Assembly (NCBI GenBank): GCA_009691045.1
Contig: SHWC01000007.1
Span: 832 to 64,831 of the forward strand
Reading direction: 5' to 3'
DNA length: 64,000 nt
DNA from: Alphaproteobacteria bacterium
GTDB taxonomy: Bacteria; Pseudomonadota; Alphaproteobacteria; UBA828
The position numbers were made by a program, and so were the translations under genes. This document shows, in pieces, positions 39,972 through 49,678 of this stretch. Below the pieces are notes generated by a model, which saw only the letters and a list, made by a program, of their open reading frames with translations, was not told where the DNA came from and made no database searches. Numbering within the stretch: position 1 is the first letter of the stretch; each line of letters begins with the position of its first letter.

Positions 39972-41762
39972 ATGAGCTATGAAACCTGGCCAAGCCTTCC
40001 CGCCATGTTTTTTGCGCAGGCCGACCGGCTGGGTGCGCAGCCATTTCTTTGGGCCAAGCGCAGCAAGGTTTATGCCTCGATCAGCTATAGCGAGACAGCA
40101 CGCGAGGTGAAGGCGCTGGCGCGGGCGCTTGTGGCGCTTGGGCTTGAGAACGGCGACCGGGTCGTGCTGGTCTCGGAGAATCGGCCCGAATGGGGCATCG
40201 CGGATCTTGCGATCATGACCGCTGGCGGCATTGCCGTGCCGGCCTATACCACCAATACCAGCCGCGACCATCGCCATATTCTGACCGATAGCGGGGCCTT
40301 GGCGGTGATCGTCTCGACCAAGGCGCTGGCAAAACGCGTGCTGCCGGCCCTGGCCGAGTGCCGTGGCGTGCGCTTTGTTATTATGATCGAGCCGATCGAA
40401 ACGGGCGGGCTGATCGACGTGCCGATCCATGATTGGGATGGCCTGCTTGCCGCCCAGCGGATCGATGACGATGCGTCGATCGAGGCTCGACTGGCCGCCC
40501 TCAAACGCGACGATATCGCGTGCCTGATTTACACCTCGGGCACCGGCGGCAACCCCAAGGGCGTCATGCAACGCCATGAATCGATCATGTATAATTGCAA
40601 GGGTGCCAATCTTCTGTTGCAACAGATCGGTCTCGGCGATGACGTGTTTCTTTCCTTCCTGCCGCTTTCCCACGCCTATGAACACACGGCCGGGCTCTAT
40701 TTTCCGATCTCGATTGGCGCGCAAATTTATTACGCCGAGGGCGTCGAGACGCTGAGCGCCAATTTGATCGAGGCGCGCCCGACCATCATGGTCAGCGTGC
40801 CGCGTTTGTTTGAGGTGTTGCGCGCGCGCATTCTTCAAGGCGCCAAACAGAAGGGCGGTTTGCGCTATCGCTTGCTCAATTTGACGTTGTATCTCGGTCG
40901 TCGAGCCCAGCTGTCATCGAATCGCCTTTCGCTACCGGCACGCTTGCTGAACCGGCTCTTGGATCGCCTGGTGCGACGCAAGGCGGCGGCGCGCTTTGGC
41001 GGACGGCTCAAGGCGATGATCTCGGGCGGGGCGCCCCTGAATATAGATGTCGGGCTCTTCTTTGCGTCGCTCGGACTGCGCCTCTTGCAGGGTTATGGCC
41101 AGACCGAGGCCGCGCCGGTGATCGCGTGCAACCCGCCGAACCGCGTGAAGCTGCACACGGTTGGCCCGCCACTCGATGGCGTCGAGGTGAGAATCGCCGA
41201 GGATGGTGAAATTCTGGTGCGCGGGCCTTTGGTGATGAGCGGCTATTGGAACGATAGCGCCGCAAGTCGCAATGCGCTGCGCGATGGTTGGCTCCACACC
41301 GGCGATGTCGGCCGATTGGATGAAGATGGCTATCTACAAATCACTGACCGCAAGCGCGACGTGATCGTGCTCTCCGGCGGCGATAATGTTTCGCCCCAGC
41401 GGCTCGAAGGTATTCTGAATTTGCAAGCCGAGATCGCCCAGGCCATGGCGTTCGGCGATCGTCACCCCTATGTCGTCGCGTTGATCGTGCCCGATGAGAG
41501 CTTCGTGCGTGATTGGGCCGCGGCCAATGGCAAGAACGGAGCCATGGCCGAACTCGCCGGCGACGCGGCATTTATCCAGGCGATCGGCGCTGCGGTCGAG
41601 CGTGCCAATCGCGACCTGTCCTCGATCGAGCGGATCAAGCGGTTCGTGGTCGCGACCGAGCCGTTCACCACCGACAACAGCCAGATGACGCCAACGCTCA
41701 AAGTCCGCCGCCATGAGGTGTTGAAGGTCTATGGCGAGAAGCTTGAGAGGCTCTACCACTGA
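39972..41762 (+). CDS. long-chain fatty acid--CoA ligase (AMP-dependent)
   Basis: YTSGTGGNPKG, FLPLSH, GYGQTE, GWLHTGDVG, TPTLKVRR. Confidence 0.93.
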   Translation: MSYETWPSLPAMFFAQADRLGAQPFLWAKRSKVYASISYSETAREVKALARALVALGLENGDRVVLVSENRPEWGIADLAIMTAGGIAVPAYTTNTSRDHRHILTDSGALAVIVSTKALAKRVLPALAECRGVRFVIMIEPIETGGLIDVPIHDWDGLLAAQRIDDDASIEARLAALKRDDIACLIYTSGTGGNPKGVMQRHESIMYNCKGANLLLQQIGLGDDVFLSFLPLSHAYEHTAGLYFPISIGAQIYYAEGVETLSANLIEARPTIMVSVPRLFEVLRARILQGAKQKGGLRYRLLNLTLYLGRRAQLSSNRLSLPARLLNRLLDRLVRRKAAARFGGRLKAMISGGAPLNIDVGLFFASLGLRLLQGYGQTEAAPVIACNPPNRVKLHTVGPPLDGVEVRIAEDGEILVRGPLVMSGYWNDSAASRNALRDGWLHTGDVGRLDEDGYLQITDRKRDVIVLSGGDNVSPQRLEGILNLQAEIAQAMAFGDRHPYVVALIVPDESFVRDWAAANGKNGAMAELAGDAAFIQAIGAAVERANRDLSSIERIKRFVVATEPFTTDNSQMTPTLKVRRHEVLKVYGEKLERLYH

Positions 41763-41861
41763 GCGCGGTTGGGCTGGCGCCAAGGGTCGCCGCCCCCATC
41801 CTTCTGGTCTGGGCGCGCGAGTGAGCTAGTATAGGGTTCAGGATTCGCCACCGGAGGGGCC

Positions 41862-44800
41862 ATGGCGCTCGCCGCCGTCTCGCTCGACGACAAATATACG
41901 CTCGACCACGGTCAGGTCTTCATGACCGGCACGCAGGCGCTGGTGCGCTTGCCCATGCTCCAGCATGCGCGCGACCGCGCGGCCGGGCTCAACACGGCCT
42001 GCTATATCTCGGGCTATCGCGGCTCGCCGCTCGGCAATCTGGATCGCGCCCTCGTTCAGATCAAAACGCATCTGAAGGCGCACAACATTCACTTCCAGCC
42101 GGGCGTGAATGAAGATCTGGCCGCGACCGCCGCCTGGGGCACGCAGCAGCTTGGGTTGTTTCCCGGCACCAAATATGACGGCGTTTTCACGCTTTGGTAT
42201 GGCAAGGGGCCGGGCGTCGATCGCTCGATGGATGCCTTGAAGCACGCCAATAATGCCGGCACGGCGGCCAAGGGCGGCGTGCTCGCGCTTGCCGGCGATG
42301 ATCATGTCTGCGCCTCGTCCACCCTGCCCCATCAAAGCGAATTCGATTTCATGGCCGCCAATATTCCGGTGCTCAACCCGGCCGGCGTGCAGGAGTTTCT
42401 GGATTTCGGGCTCTATGGCATCGCGCTCTCGCGTTATTCGGGCCTCTGGGTTGGTTTCATTTGCGTGGCCGAGACGGTCGATAGCTCCGCGATTGTCTCG
42501 CTCGACCCCGATCGTGTGACCATCCGCCTACCCGATGATTACGCCATGCCAGATGGCGGGCTCAATATTCGCTGGCCCGATCCGCCACTTGAGCAAGAGC
42601 GGCGCTTGCATGAACACAAAATGGGGGCGGCCCTCGCCTTCGTGCGCGCCAACGGTCTCGATCGCACGGTGATCGATGGTCCAGCGCGACGGATCGGTCT
42701 CGTGACCACCGGAAAATCCTATCTCGATGTGCGCCAGGCGCTCGATCTTTTAGGGCTCGATGAAGCCGGCGCAGCGGCTCTTGGCCTGTCGCTCTATAAG
42801 GTCGGCATGAGCTGGCCCTTGGAGCCGCAAGGCGCCATGGCCTTTGCCAGCGGGCTCGAAGAACTCATCGTCATTGAGGAAAAACGAAGCCTCATCGAGA
42901 CGCAGCTCAAAGAGATTCTTTACCCGCTACCAACGGGGCGGCGGCCCCGCATTGTCGGCAAAGAAGATGCGCATGGCCAAACCCTGTTCCCGGTTGTTCA
43001 CGAACTCAACCCGGTGATGATCGCGCGCGCCATCGCGGCCCGTCTGCCGAACGTGCCCGAAGCCAATGCCGCGCGTCAGCGGCTCGTGGTGATCGAGGCC
43101 GAGGAAGAAGCGCGGGCTGTCTTAAGCGGCGGCAAACGCATCGAACGCGTGCCCTATTTCTGCTCGGGTTGCCCGCATAACACCTCGACAAAAGTACCCG
43201 AGGGCAGTCGTGCGCTTGCCGGCATCGGTTGCCACTACATGGCGCAGTGGATGGACCGGGAAACCGATACCTACACGCAGATGGGCGCCGAAGGCGCGAC
43301 ATGGATCGGCCAAGCGCCGTTCACCGAGACGCGGCACATTTTCCAGAATCTCGGCGATGGCACTTATTTTCACTCGGGCCTGCTCGCGATCCGCGCGGCG
43401 GTTTCGGCCAAGGTCAACATGACCTACAAAATTCTGTTCAACGACGCCGTCGCCATGACCGGCGGGCAACCGATGGATGGCCCGCTGAATGTCGCGATGA
43501 TCACGAACCAGCTGCGTGCCGAAGGGATTACGCGCATCGCGGTCGTCACCGATGAGCCTGGTAAATACCCCTTCAGCAATGGGTTCGCCGATGGCACGAC
43601 CGTGCATCACCGCGATGAACTCGACACGGTGCAAAAAGAGCTGCGCGAGGTGGAGGGTGTCTCTGCCTTGGTGTATGACCAAATGTGCGCGACCGAGAAA
43701 CGGCGCAAACGCAAACGCGGCACGTTGGACGATCCGCCTTGGCGCGTGGTGATCAATCCCGACATTTGCGAAGGCTGCGGCGATTGCAGTTATCAATCGA
43801 ATTGCCTTGCCGTGGTGCCGGTCGAAACCGAGCTTGGCCGCAAACGCGCGATCGACCAATCCGCCTGCAATAAGGATTTCAGCTGCATCAAAGGTTTTTG
43901 CCCAAGCTTCGTCCTCGTCAAAGACGGCCAGTTGATAAAAACGGGACGAACCCAACGCGATGATTTCGCGGCGCGCGTCGAGGCCTTGCCAGAGCCGGAA
44001 AAACCGTTGCTTGCCGAACCCTATGGCATCGTCATCGCCGGCGTTGGCGGTATGGGCACGGTGACGATTGGCGCGCTCCTCGGCATCGCGGCGCGCCTTG
44101 AGAATAAGGGCGCGACGGTGATCGACAAGATCGGCCTCGCACAAAAATTTGGCGCGGTGACGTGCCATGTCCGGCTCGCGACATCGCAGGATGTGTTGCA
44201 TGCCCCACGCATCGCGATTGGCGGGGCCTCGCTCCTGCTTGGTGCCGATCTTTTGACCACCGCGACGCCGGATGTCATTGCCCGGCTTGGTGCGGGAAGG
44301 AGCCATGCCATCATCAACAGCCATGAGGCCGTGACCGGAGACTTTACCCGCAAACCCGATCTTAGTTTGCCGGGTGCCGAGCTGCACAAGGTGATCGATG
44401 GCGCGACGGGGCGGGGGCGCACTGATTTCATCGATCTCACGCGCATGGCGACAGCGCTTTTGGGCGATGCGATCATGACCAACCCGTTGTTGCTTGGTCT
44501 CGCTTATCAGAAAGGGCTTATCCCGTTATCGGCAGAAGCGATCGAGCGCGCGATGGAATTGAACGAGGTCTCGGTCGAGACCAATCAGCGTGCCTTCCGC
44601 TGGGGCCGCCTCGCCGCCCATGACCCCGATTATGTGGCGCGCGCGTTGGGCGCGGTCTCTGGCGGTGTCGCACCAAAACTCGCTCAGACACTCGATGAGG
44701 TGGTTGAATTTCGCGCGAAAGAACTCACCACCTATCAAAACGCCGGCTATGCCAAACGCTACCGCGCGCTCGTCGAGCAGGTGCGGAGCGTCGAGGCCAA

Positions 44801-45347
44801 GCAAGCGCCGGGGTTCACGGGCCTCGCCGATGCGGTGGCACGCGGCTATCACAAATTGCTCGCCTATAAGGATGAGTATGAAGTGGCGCGGCTCTATACC
44901 GATGGCCGCTTCGCCAAACAAATCGCCGGCCAATTCGAAGGTCGCTTCAAGCTTCTATTCAACCTCGCGCCGCCCTTGATCGCGTCGCGCGACCCGGTGA
45001 CCGGCCATTTGAAAAAGCGTGTCTTCGGGCCGTGGATGGGGCTCGCCTTCCAGGTGATGGCGCGGCTGAAGGGCCTGCGCGGCACGCCATTCGATGTATT
45101 CGGCTATACCGCCGAACGGCGCATGGAGCGCCGGCTGATCGGCGAGTATGAAAAAATCGTCGCGCGTTTGTTGGCGTCGCTTGAGCCCGACAAGCACGCA
45201 CTCGCGGTTGAAATCGCCACCCTGCCGCTTGAGATGCGTGGCTTCGGTCACATCAAAGAAGCCAATGTCGCGCGTGCGCAAGGCGAAGAGGCCCGGCTCA
45301 TTGCGCTTTACGAGCGCCCAATCGTGCGCGCTTCGGCGGCTGAATGA
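41862..45347 (+). CDS. indolepyruvate ferredoxin oxidoreductase family protein (fused alpha-beta)
   Basis: SGYRGSPLG, FCSGCPHN, TPP motif GDGTYFHSG, CEGCGDC/CNKDFSC Fe-S, YKDEYEVARL. Confidence 0.94.
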   Translation: MALAAVSLDDKYTLDHGQVFMTGTQALVRLPMLQHARDRAAGLNTACYISGYRGSPLGNLDRALVQIKTHLKAHNIHFQPGVNEDLAATAAWGTQQLGLFPGTKYDGVFTLWYGKGPGVDRSMDALKHANNAGTAAKGGVLALAGDDHVCASSTLPHQSEFDFMAANIPVLNPAGVQEFLDFGLYGIALSRYSGLWVGFICVAETVDSSAIVSLDPDRVTIRLPDDYAMPDGGLNIRWPDPPLEQERRLHEHKMGAALAFVRANGLDRTVIDGPARRIGLVTTGKSYLDVRQALDLLGLDEAGAAALGLSLYKVGMSWPLEPQGAMAFASGLEELIVIEEKRSLIETQLKEILYPLPTGRRPRIVGKEDAHGQTLFPVVHELNPVMIARAIAARLPNVPEANAARQRLVVIEAEEEARAVLSGGKRIERVPYFCSGCPHNTSTKVPEGSRALAGIGCHYMAQWMDRETDTYTQMGAEGATWIGQAPFTETRHIFQNLGDGTYFHSGLLAIRAAVSAKVNMTYKILFNDAVAMTGGQPMDGPLNVAMITNQLRAEGITRIAVVTDEPGKYPFSNGFADGTTVHHRDELDTVQKELREVEGVSALVYDQMCATEKRRKRKRGTLDDPPWRVVINPDICEGCGDCSYQSNCLAVVPVETELGRKRAIDQSACNKDFSCIKGFCPSFVLVKDGQLIKTGRTQRDDFAARVEALPEPEKPLLAEPYGIVIAGVGGMGTVTIGALLGIAARLENKGATVIDKIGLAQKFGAVTCHVRLATSQDVLHAPRIAIGGASLLLGADLLTTATPDVIARLGAGRSHAIINSHEAVTGDFTRKPDLSLPGAELHKVIDGATGRGRTDFIDLTRMATALLGDAIMTNPLLLGLAYQKGLIPLSAEAIERAMELNEVSVETNQRAFRWGRLAAHDPDYVARALGAVSGGVAPKLAQTLDEVVEFRAKELTTYQNAGYAKRYRALVEQVRSVEAKQAPGFTGLADAVARGYHKLLAYKDEYEVARLYTDGRFAKQIAGQFEGRFKLLFNLAPPLIASRDPVTGHLKKRVFGPWMGLAFQVMARLKGLRGTPFDVFGYTAERRMERRLIGEYEKIVARLLASLEPDKHALAVEIATLPLEMRGFGHIKEANVARAQGEEARLIALYERPIVRASAAE

Positions 45348-46057
45348 GCAAGGCTGTCGCGCTGGTGGTCGGTGTCGGGCCTGGGCTCGGCGCATCACTC
45401 GGTCGGCGCTTCGGGCGCGAGGGACTGCACGTCGTGCTCGCCGCGCGCCAGCGTGCCCATATCGATCCGGTGATCGAGCAGATCAAGGCGAGTGGCGGCA
45501 GCGCCGAAGGCCACACGCTCGATGCGACTGACGAAGCAGCGGTGGACAAACTGTTCTGCGGGCTCGATGCCTCTGGCATGGCGCTCGACCTGGCGGTTTA
45601 TAATGCCAGCGGGTTCATGCGCGCCAGCATCTTGGACGCAAGCGCCGCTGAATTTGAGCGCGGCTGGCGTGTTGGTTGTTTCGGCGGATTTTTGATCGGG
45701 CGCGCGGCGGCGCAACGCATGGCCAAGCGCGGCGCAGGCACCATCATTTTCACCGGCGCAACCGCTTCAAGACGCGGCAGCGCGCAGTTTTTCAATTTCG
45801 CGGTCGGCAAATTCGGGCTTCGCGCTTTGGCCGAAAGCATGGCGCGTGAATTGCAACCTAAGGGCGTGCATGTCGCGCATGTCGTGATCGACGGCCAAAT
45901 TCAATCTGAGCGCTATGCCCACCTCGCCAAAGAACGCCCGCCCGATGGCATGCTCGAGCCCGACGCCATCGCCGAGAGCTATTGGCAGCTCCATCGCCAG
46001 CACCGCAGCGCCTGGACCTTCGAGCTCGAAGTGCGCCCCTGGGTGGAGAAGTTTTAG
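45344..46057 (+). CDS. short-chain dehydrogenase/reductase (atypical)
   Basis: GVGPGLG, YNA, FTGATAS, FAVGKFGLR, HVAHVVIDG. Confidence 0.92.
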   Translation: MSKAVALVVGVGPGLGASLGRRFGREGLHVVLAARQRAHIDPVIEQIKASGGSAEGHTLDATDEAAVDKLFCGLDASGMALDLAVYNASGFMRASILDASAAEFERGWRVGCFGGFLIGRAAAQRMAKRGAGTIIFTGATASRRGSAQFFNFAVGKFGLRALAESMARELQPKGVHVAHVVIDGQIQSERYAHLAKERPPDGMLEPDAIAESYWQLHRQHRSAWTFELEVRPWVEKF

Positions 46058-46079
46058 CGCCCCCCGCACTTCTTCTTTC

Positions 46080-46173
46080 TCGTCATGCCCGGACTTGATC
46101 CGGGCACCCAGTCCTTTCGTAGAGACCGCGTGACCTAAGACCTGGATTGCCGGGTCAAGCCCGGCAATGACGA
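46080..46173. repeat. REP/RPE-like double-hairpin palindromic element
   Basis: TCGTCATGCCCGGACTTGATCCGGGCACCCAG...CTGGATTGCCGGGTCAAGCCCGGCAATGACGA: two inverted, individually self-pairing units between convergent genes. Confidence 0.8.
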
Positions 46174-46206
46174 TAAAAAAGAGCGTTAGTCGGTGTTTAC
46201 GCTTTT

Positions 46207-46977
46207 TTATTCGCTGATCTCTTTGTCCCAAACTTTTTCGGGTAAAGGCAAGCCGCCGAGTTCGGCGTCACCAAGGCGCGTGATTGGTGCGAGGCCGAGC
46301 GTGCCAATGATGTGTTCGAGCTGGCGCGTGTGCTAAGCGATGTGCCAAGCGGTTCGTTCCAACACACCGTGAATGGGTTGGGTACCGTAATAGGTGCGCA
46401 CGGTTTGATCGCCCGACACGGTTGGGAATGTCGCCGCCCAAATTTCGAAGCGCGATAGAGTCTCTTTGATTTGCACGGAGACTGTCGCGGCAAGACGCGA
46501 TGCACCCTCAGGCCGTTTGAGGAAATAGTCGAAACTCAGCTCGTCTCCGCGCGCGCTGGCAAGAAACCCTTCGACGATCATCGCGATGTGAAAACCGATA
46601 TCGCCATAGCTACGGTCGGGTCGGCCTTCGATCGGTTGCTCAAAGCTCGGCGCTGGGATTTGTTCAGCCAGCGCGCCTGCTGCGCGCAATAAAGCCCGCA
46701 CGCGAACAATCAGCGTGGCGATTGGCAGACGTTCGCGTCGCCAGGACACACCAACAAAGCGCGCGACCTCATCGAGCTCTTGACCGAAACAAAACCGATT
46801 GCCCTGCGCGATGACCGGCACTGAACGCGCGCCGAGACGATCCAGCTCCGCCATCGCGCCCGAGACGGCCCGCACATTGATCGAGTCGAACGCGATGCCA
46901 TGCGCAGTCAAAAACTCTTTGGCCTTCAGGCAAGAGGTGCAACCGGGCTGCCAATAGAGGCGAAAGGGCTCGATCAT
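46207..46977 (-). pseudogene. glutaredoxin-like + DinB-like protein interrupted by in-frame TAG (46333-46335)
   Basis: YWQPGCTSC (CxxC), SVPV, FHI..., ERTAWHIA*HTRQL; frame continues 41 sense codons to LPLPEKVWDKEISE TAA. Confidence 0.75.
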
Positions 46978-46984
46978 ATGGCTA

Positions 46985-47293
46985 TCAGTACTTATGTCCC
47001 TGACCGGCGGGGCTTTCGGTAAATTTTTGTTTCTGCTCGGCGCTGGCTTCCTTTTGATGCTTTTTGCGCCACTCGTCATAGGGCATGCCATAGACGATCT
47101 CACGCGCCTCGGGGTCGCTCATGGCAACGCCCTGCTCCTCGGCCGCCGCGCGATACCATTTGGACAGGCAATTTCGGCAGAACCCGGCCAAATTCATCAG
47201 GTCGATGTTCTGGACGTCGTTACGTTCGCGGAGGTGCTGGACGAGGCGGCGGAACGCCGCAGCCTCAAATTCGGTGGTGGTTTTCTGATCCAT
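46985..47293 (-). CDS. DUF1244 family protein
   Basis: EAAAFRRLVQHL, DVQNIDLMNLAGFCRNCLSKWY, YGMPYDEW. Confidence 0.92.
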   Translation of the reverse strand: MDQKTTTEFEAAAFRRLVQHLRERNDVQNIDLMNLAGFCRNCLSKWYRAAAEEQGVAMSDPEAREIVYGMPYDEWRKKHQKEASAEQKQKFTESPAGQGHKY

Positions 47294-47462
47294 CTCATGG
47301 CTCCCATGCAAGAAGCGATTGGCGGACAGCGCCATTGCTGACGTAATGTTGGAGCGGCGACCGTGCTTTGCCAACCCCCGGCGGCGCCGATATGGCTATT
47401 CCTGGGGGTGGTCCGTCCGCGATGCCCGCCCCCGCCCAGGCAATCACCCCCCCAATAGTGCC

Positions 47463-48365
47463 ATGAGCACGAGCCAAAGCGCGGCCCGCTTCGGCGCGCT
47501 GGCGCTCGCGATCGGCATTATCGGCATCTCGTTTTCGCCGATTTTTGTCAAACTCTCCGAGGTCGGCCCCACGGCGACCGCGTTCTACCGCATGGGCTTT
47601 GCCCTACCGGCCATGGGCCTTTGGGTCATGCTCGAATCGCGCGGCCCGGTGGTGCGCCGCGAGGTGGCGCGGCGCGATTGGTGGTTGCTGGTGCTGTGCG
47701 GCGCCCTCTTCACCGCCGATCTCATTTGCTGGCATAGCGCCATCCGCATGACCAGCGTCGCCAATGCGACGTTCCTCGGCAATCTCGGCACGCTCGTCGT
47801 GTCGCTCGGGGCCTGGCTGATCCTGCGTGAGCGCGTCACCTTGGGATTTGCGCTTGGCATGGCGTTGGCGCTCGGTGGCGTCGGGATGCTGATGGGGTCG
47901 AGTGCGTCCGGATCGCCCGGCGATCTGGCAGGCGATGGCATGGGCGTTCTCACCGCGGTGTTTTACGGCAGCTATTTGTTCGTGGTGAAGATCGCGCGTG
48001 ATCGCGGCCTGCCGACCGGGCTCATCATGGGTGTCAGCGGGGCCATCTCAACCATCGGGTTCATCATCGTCGCACTCGCGCTCGGCGAGAAAATTATTCC
48101 AGAAACCTTGTTCGGCTGGGCCATGCTGGTCGGCATTGCGCTGATCACGCAGGCGGGCGGCCAGAGCCTGGTTACGGTCGCCATGCGCCATCTACCGGCG
48201 ACGATGGTTTCGGTCTCACTCTTGATGAACCCGGTGCTCTCGGCGGTGTTTGCCTGGGCCCTATTGGCCGAGCATTTGACGATGTTGCAAGGGGCCGGCT
48301 GCGCGGTGGTCTTCATCGGCATGCTCATTGCGCAACGGCTCAACCGCCCGGGCAAGCGACCATGA
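47463..48365 (+). CDS. DMT/EamA family transporter
   Basis: about 10 TM, SPIFVKLS, AFYR, SVANAT, RER, NPV. Confidence 0.9.
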   Translation: MSTSQSAARFGALALAIGIIGISFSPIFVKLSEVGPTATAFYRMGFALPAMGLWVMLESRGPVVRREVARRDWWLLVLCGALFTADLICWHSAIRMTSVANATFLGNLGTLVVSLGAWLILRERVTLGFALGMALALGGVGMLMGSSASGSPGDLAGDGMGVLTAVFYGSYLFVVKIARDRGLPTGLIMGVSGAISTIGFIIVALALGEKIIPETLFGWAMLVGIALITQAGGQSLVTVAMRHLPATMVSVSLLMNPVLSAVFAWALLAEHLTMLQGAGCAVVFIGMLIAQRLNRPGKRP

Positions 48366-49678
48366 GCGAACGCACGGTCAGCGGCGCGCTCCGACCGAGC
48401 ACGGATGCCTTGCCGTGGCTCGTTTGGGGCGCGGCCGCCACGCTCTATGGCTTCGGACAGATCGTCCGGCATTCGCCCTCGGCGATGATCGACCCCTTGA
48501 TGCGCGACTTCGCGATCGACGCCACATCGTTCGGGCTGATTGCGTCGATCTTTTGGTACGCCTATGCGGCGCTCCAATTGCCGGGCGGCTTTCTGCTCGA
48601 TCGCTATGGTCCGGCGCGCGTCATGAGCGGCGGCGCTTTGGTCACCGGCTTTGGCTGTTTGATCTTCGCGCTCGCGCCGAACGATTCGATCGCGCTGATC
48701 GCGCGGTTCCTGATGGGGGCCGGCATGGCGACGAGTTATGTCGGCTGTTTGAAATCAGCCAGCCAGTGGTTCGCGCGCCATCGTTATTCAACCTTGGTTG
48801 GTTTCTCCGTGCTGGCGGGCATGACGGGTGCGATCATCGGCCAGGCGCCGATGGCGGCGTTGGTCGGCGTCGTCGGCTGGCGCACGGTGGCGTTCGGGTT
48901 TGCCGCCTTTTCCGTGCCGGTTGCGCTCATTCTTCTGCTCTCGGGGCGCGCACGACTGCCCGATGAAGCAGCCCCGCCGCGCCTCAAGGAGCTGTTCGCG
49001 ATGCTCGGCGACGCAGCGCGCTCACGCCAAGTGTGGCTCGCGGGCCTTAATAACCTCGGCACCACGGCGCCGATCGTCGCGTTCAGCCTCTGGGGTGTCG
49101 CCTATTATATGCAGGTGTTTGGCCTATCACGCCCGGAAGCCGCGACCTATAGCTCGACCATCTTGATCGGATGGGCGATCGGCTCGCCGATCATCGGTTA
49201 TCTCTCCGCGCGAATGCGCCGGCGCCGACCGGTCACGTTGATCTGTTCGGCGGCTGGCGTTTTAATTTGGCTTCTGGTGATTTTCGTGATGCCCGATTTG
49301 CCGCGGGCGACCCACTATATTTTTCTGTTCGCGCTCGGCCTCGCCAGCGGTCTGGTCTCGGTCACCTTCTCGCTTGCGGCCGAGCACGGGCCGCCGCGTG
49401 CGCCGGGTGTTTCAAGCGCCATGGTCAATACGCTCGTGATGGCCGGTGCCGCGCTCTCCCAAGGTATTGTCGGCGTGGTGCTAGACGCGCAATGGGATGG
49501 CGTCATGCGCGGCGGAATTCGCCTCTATGACGAAGGCGCGTTCCATCGAGCGTTCCTTCTGCTACCCGCGATGGCGGGAGGGGGGCTGCTCGCGGCCTGT
49601 TTTGTGCGCGAGACCTATGCGAGGCTCAAGAATGAGGCCGCGCCCCACGCGGCTTTGGCCGATCCGGAGTCGCCATGA
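48362..49678 (+). CDS. MFS transporter
   Basis: GFLLDRYGPAR motif A, about 12 TM; ATGA overlaps both sides. Confidence 0.9.
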   Translation: MSERTVSGALRPSTDALPWLVWGAAATLYGFGQIVRHSPSAMIDPLMRDFAIDATSFGLIASIFWYAYAALQLPGGFLLDRYGPARVMSGGALVTGFGCLIFALAPNDSIALIARFLMGAGMATSYVGCLKSASQWFARHRYSTLVGFSVLAGMTGAIIGQAPMAALVGVVGWRTVAFGFAAFSVPVALILLLSGRARLPDEAAPPRLKELFAMLGDAARSRQVWLAGLNNLGTTAPIVAFSLWGVAYYMQVFGLSRPEAATYSSTILIGWAIGSPIIGYLSARMRRRRPVTLICSAAGVLIWLLVIFVMPDLPRATHYIFLFALGLASGLVSVTFSLAAEHGPPRAPGVSSAMVNTLVMAGAALSQGIVGVVLDAQWDGVMRGGIRLYDEGAFHRAFLLLPAMAGGGLLAACFVRETYARLKNEAAPHAALADPESP

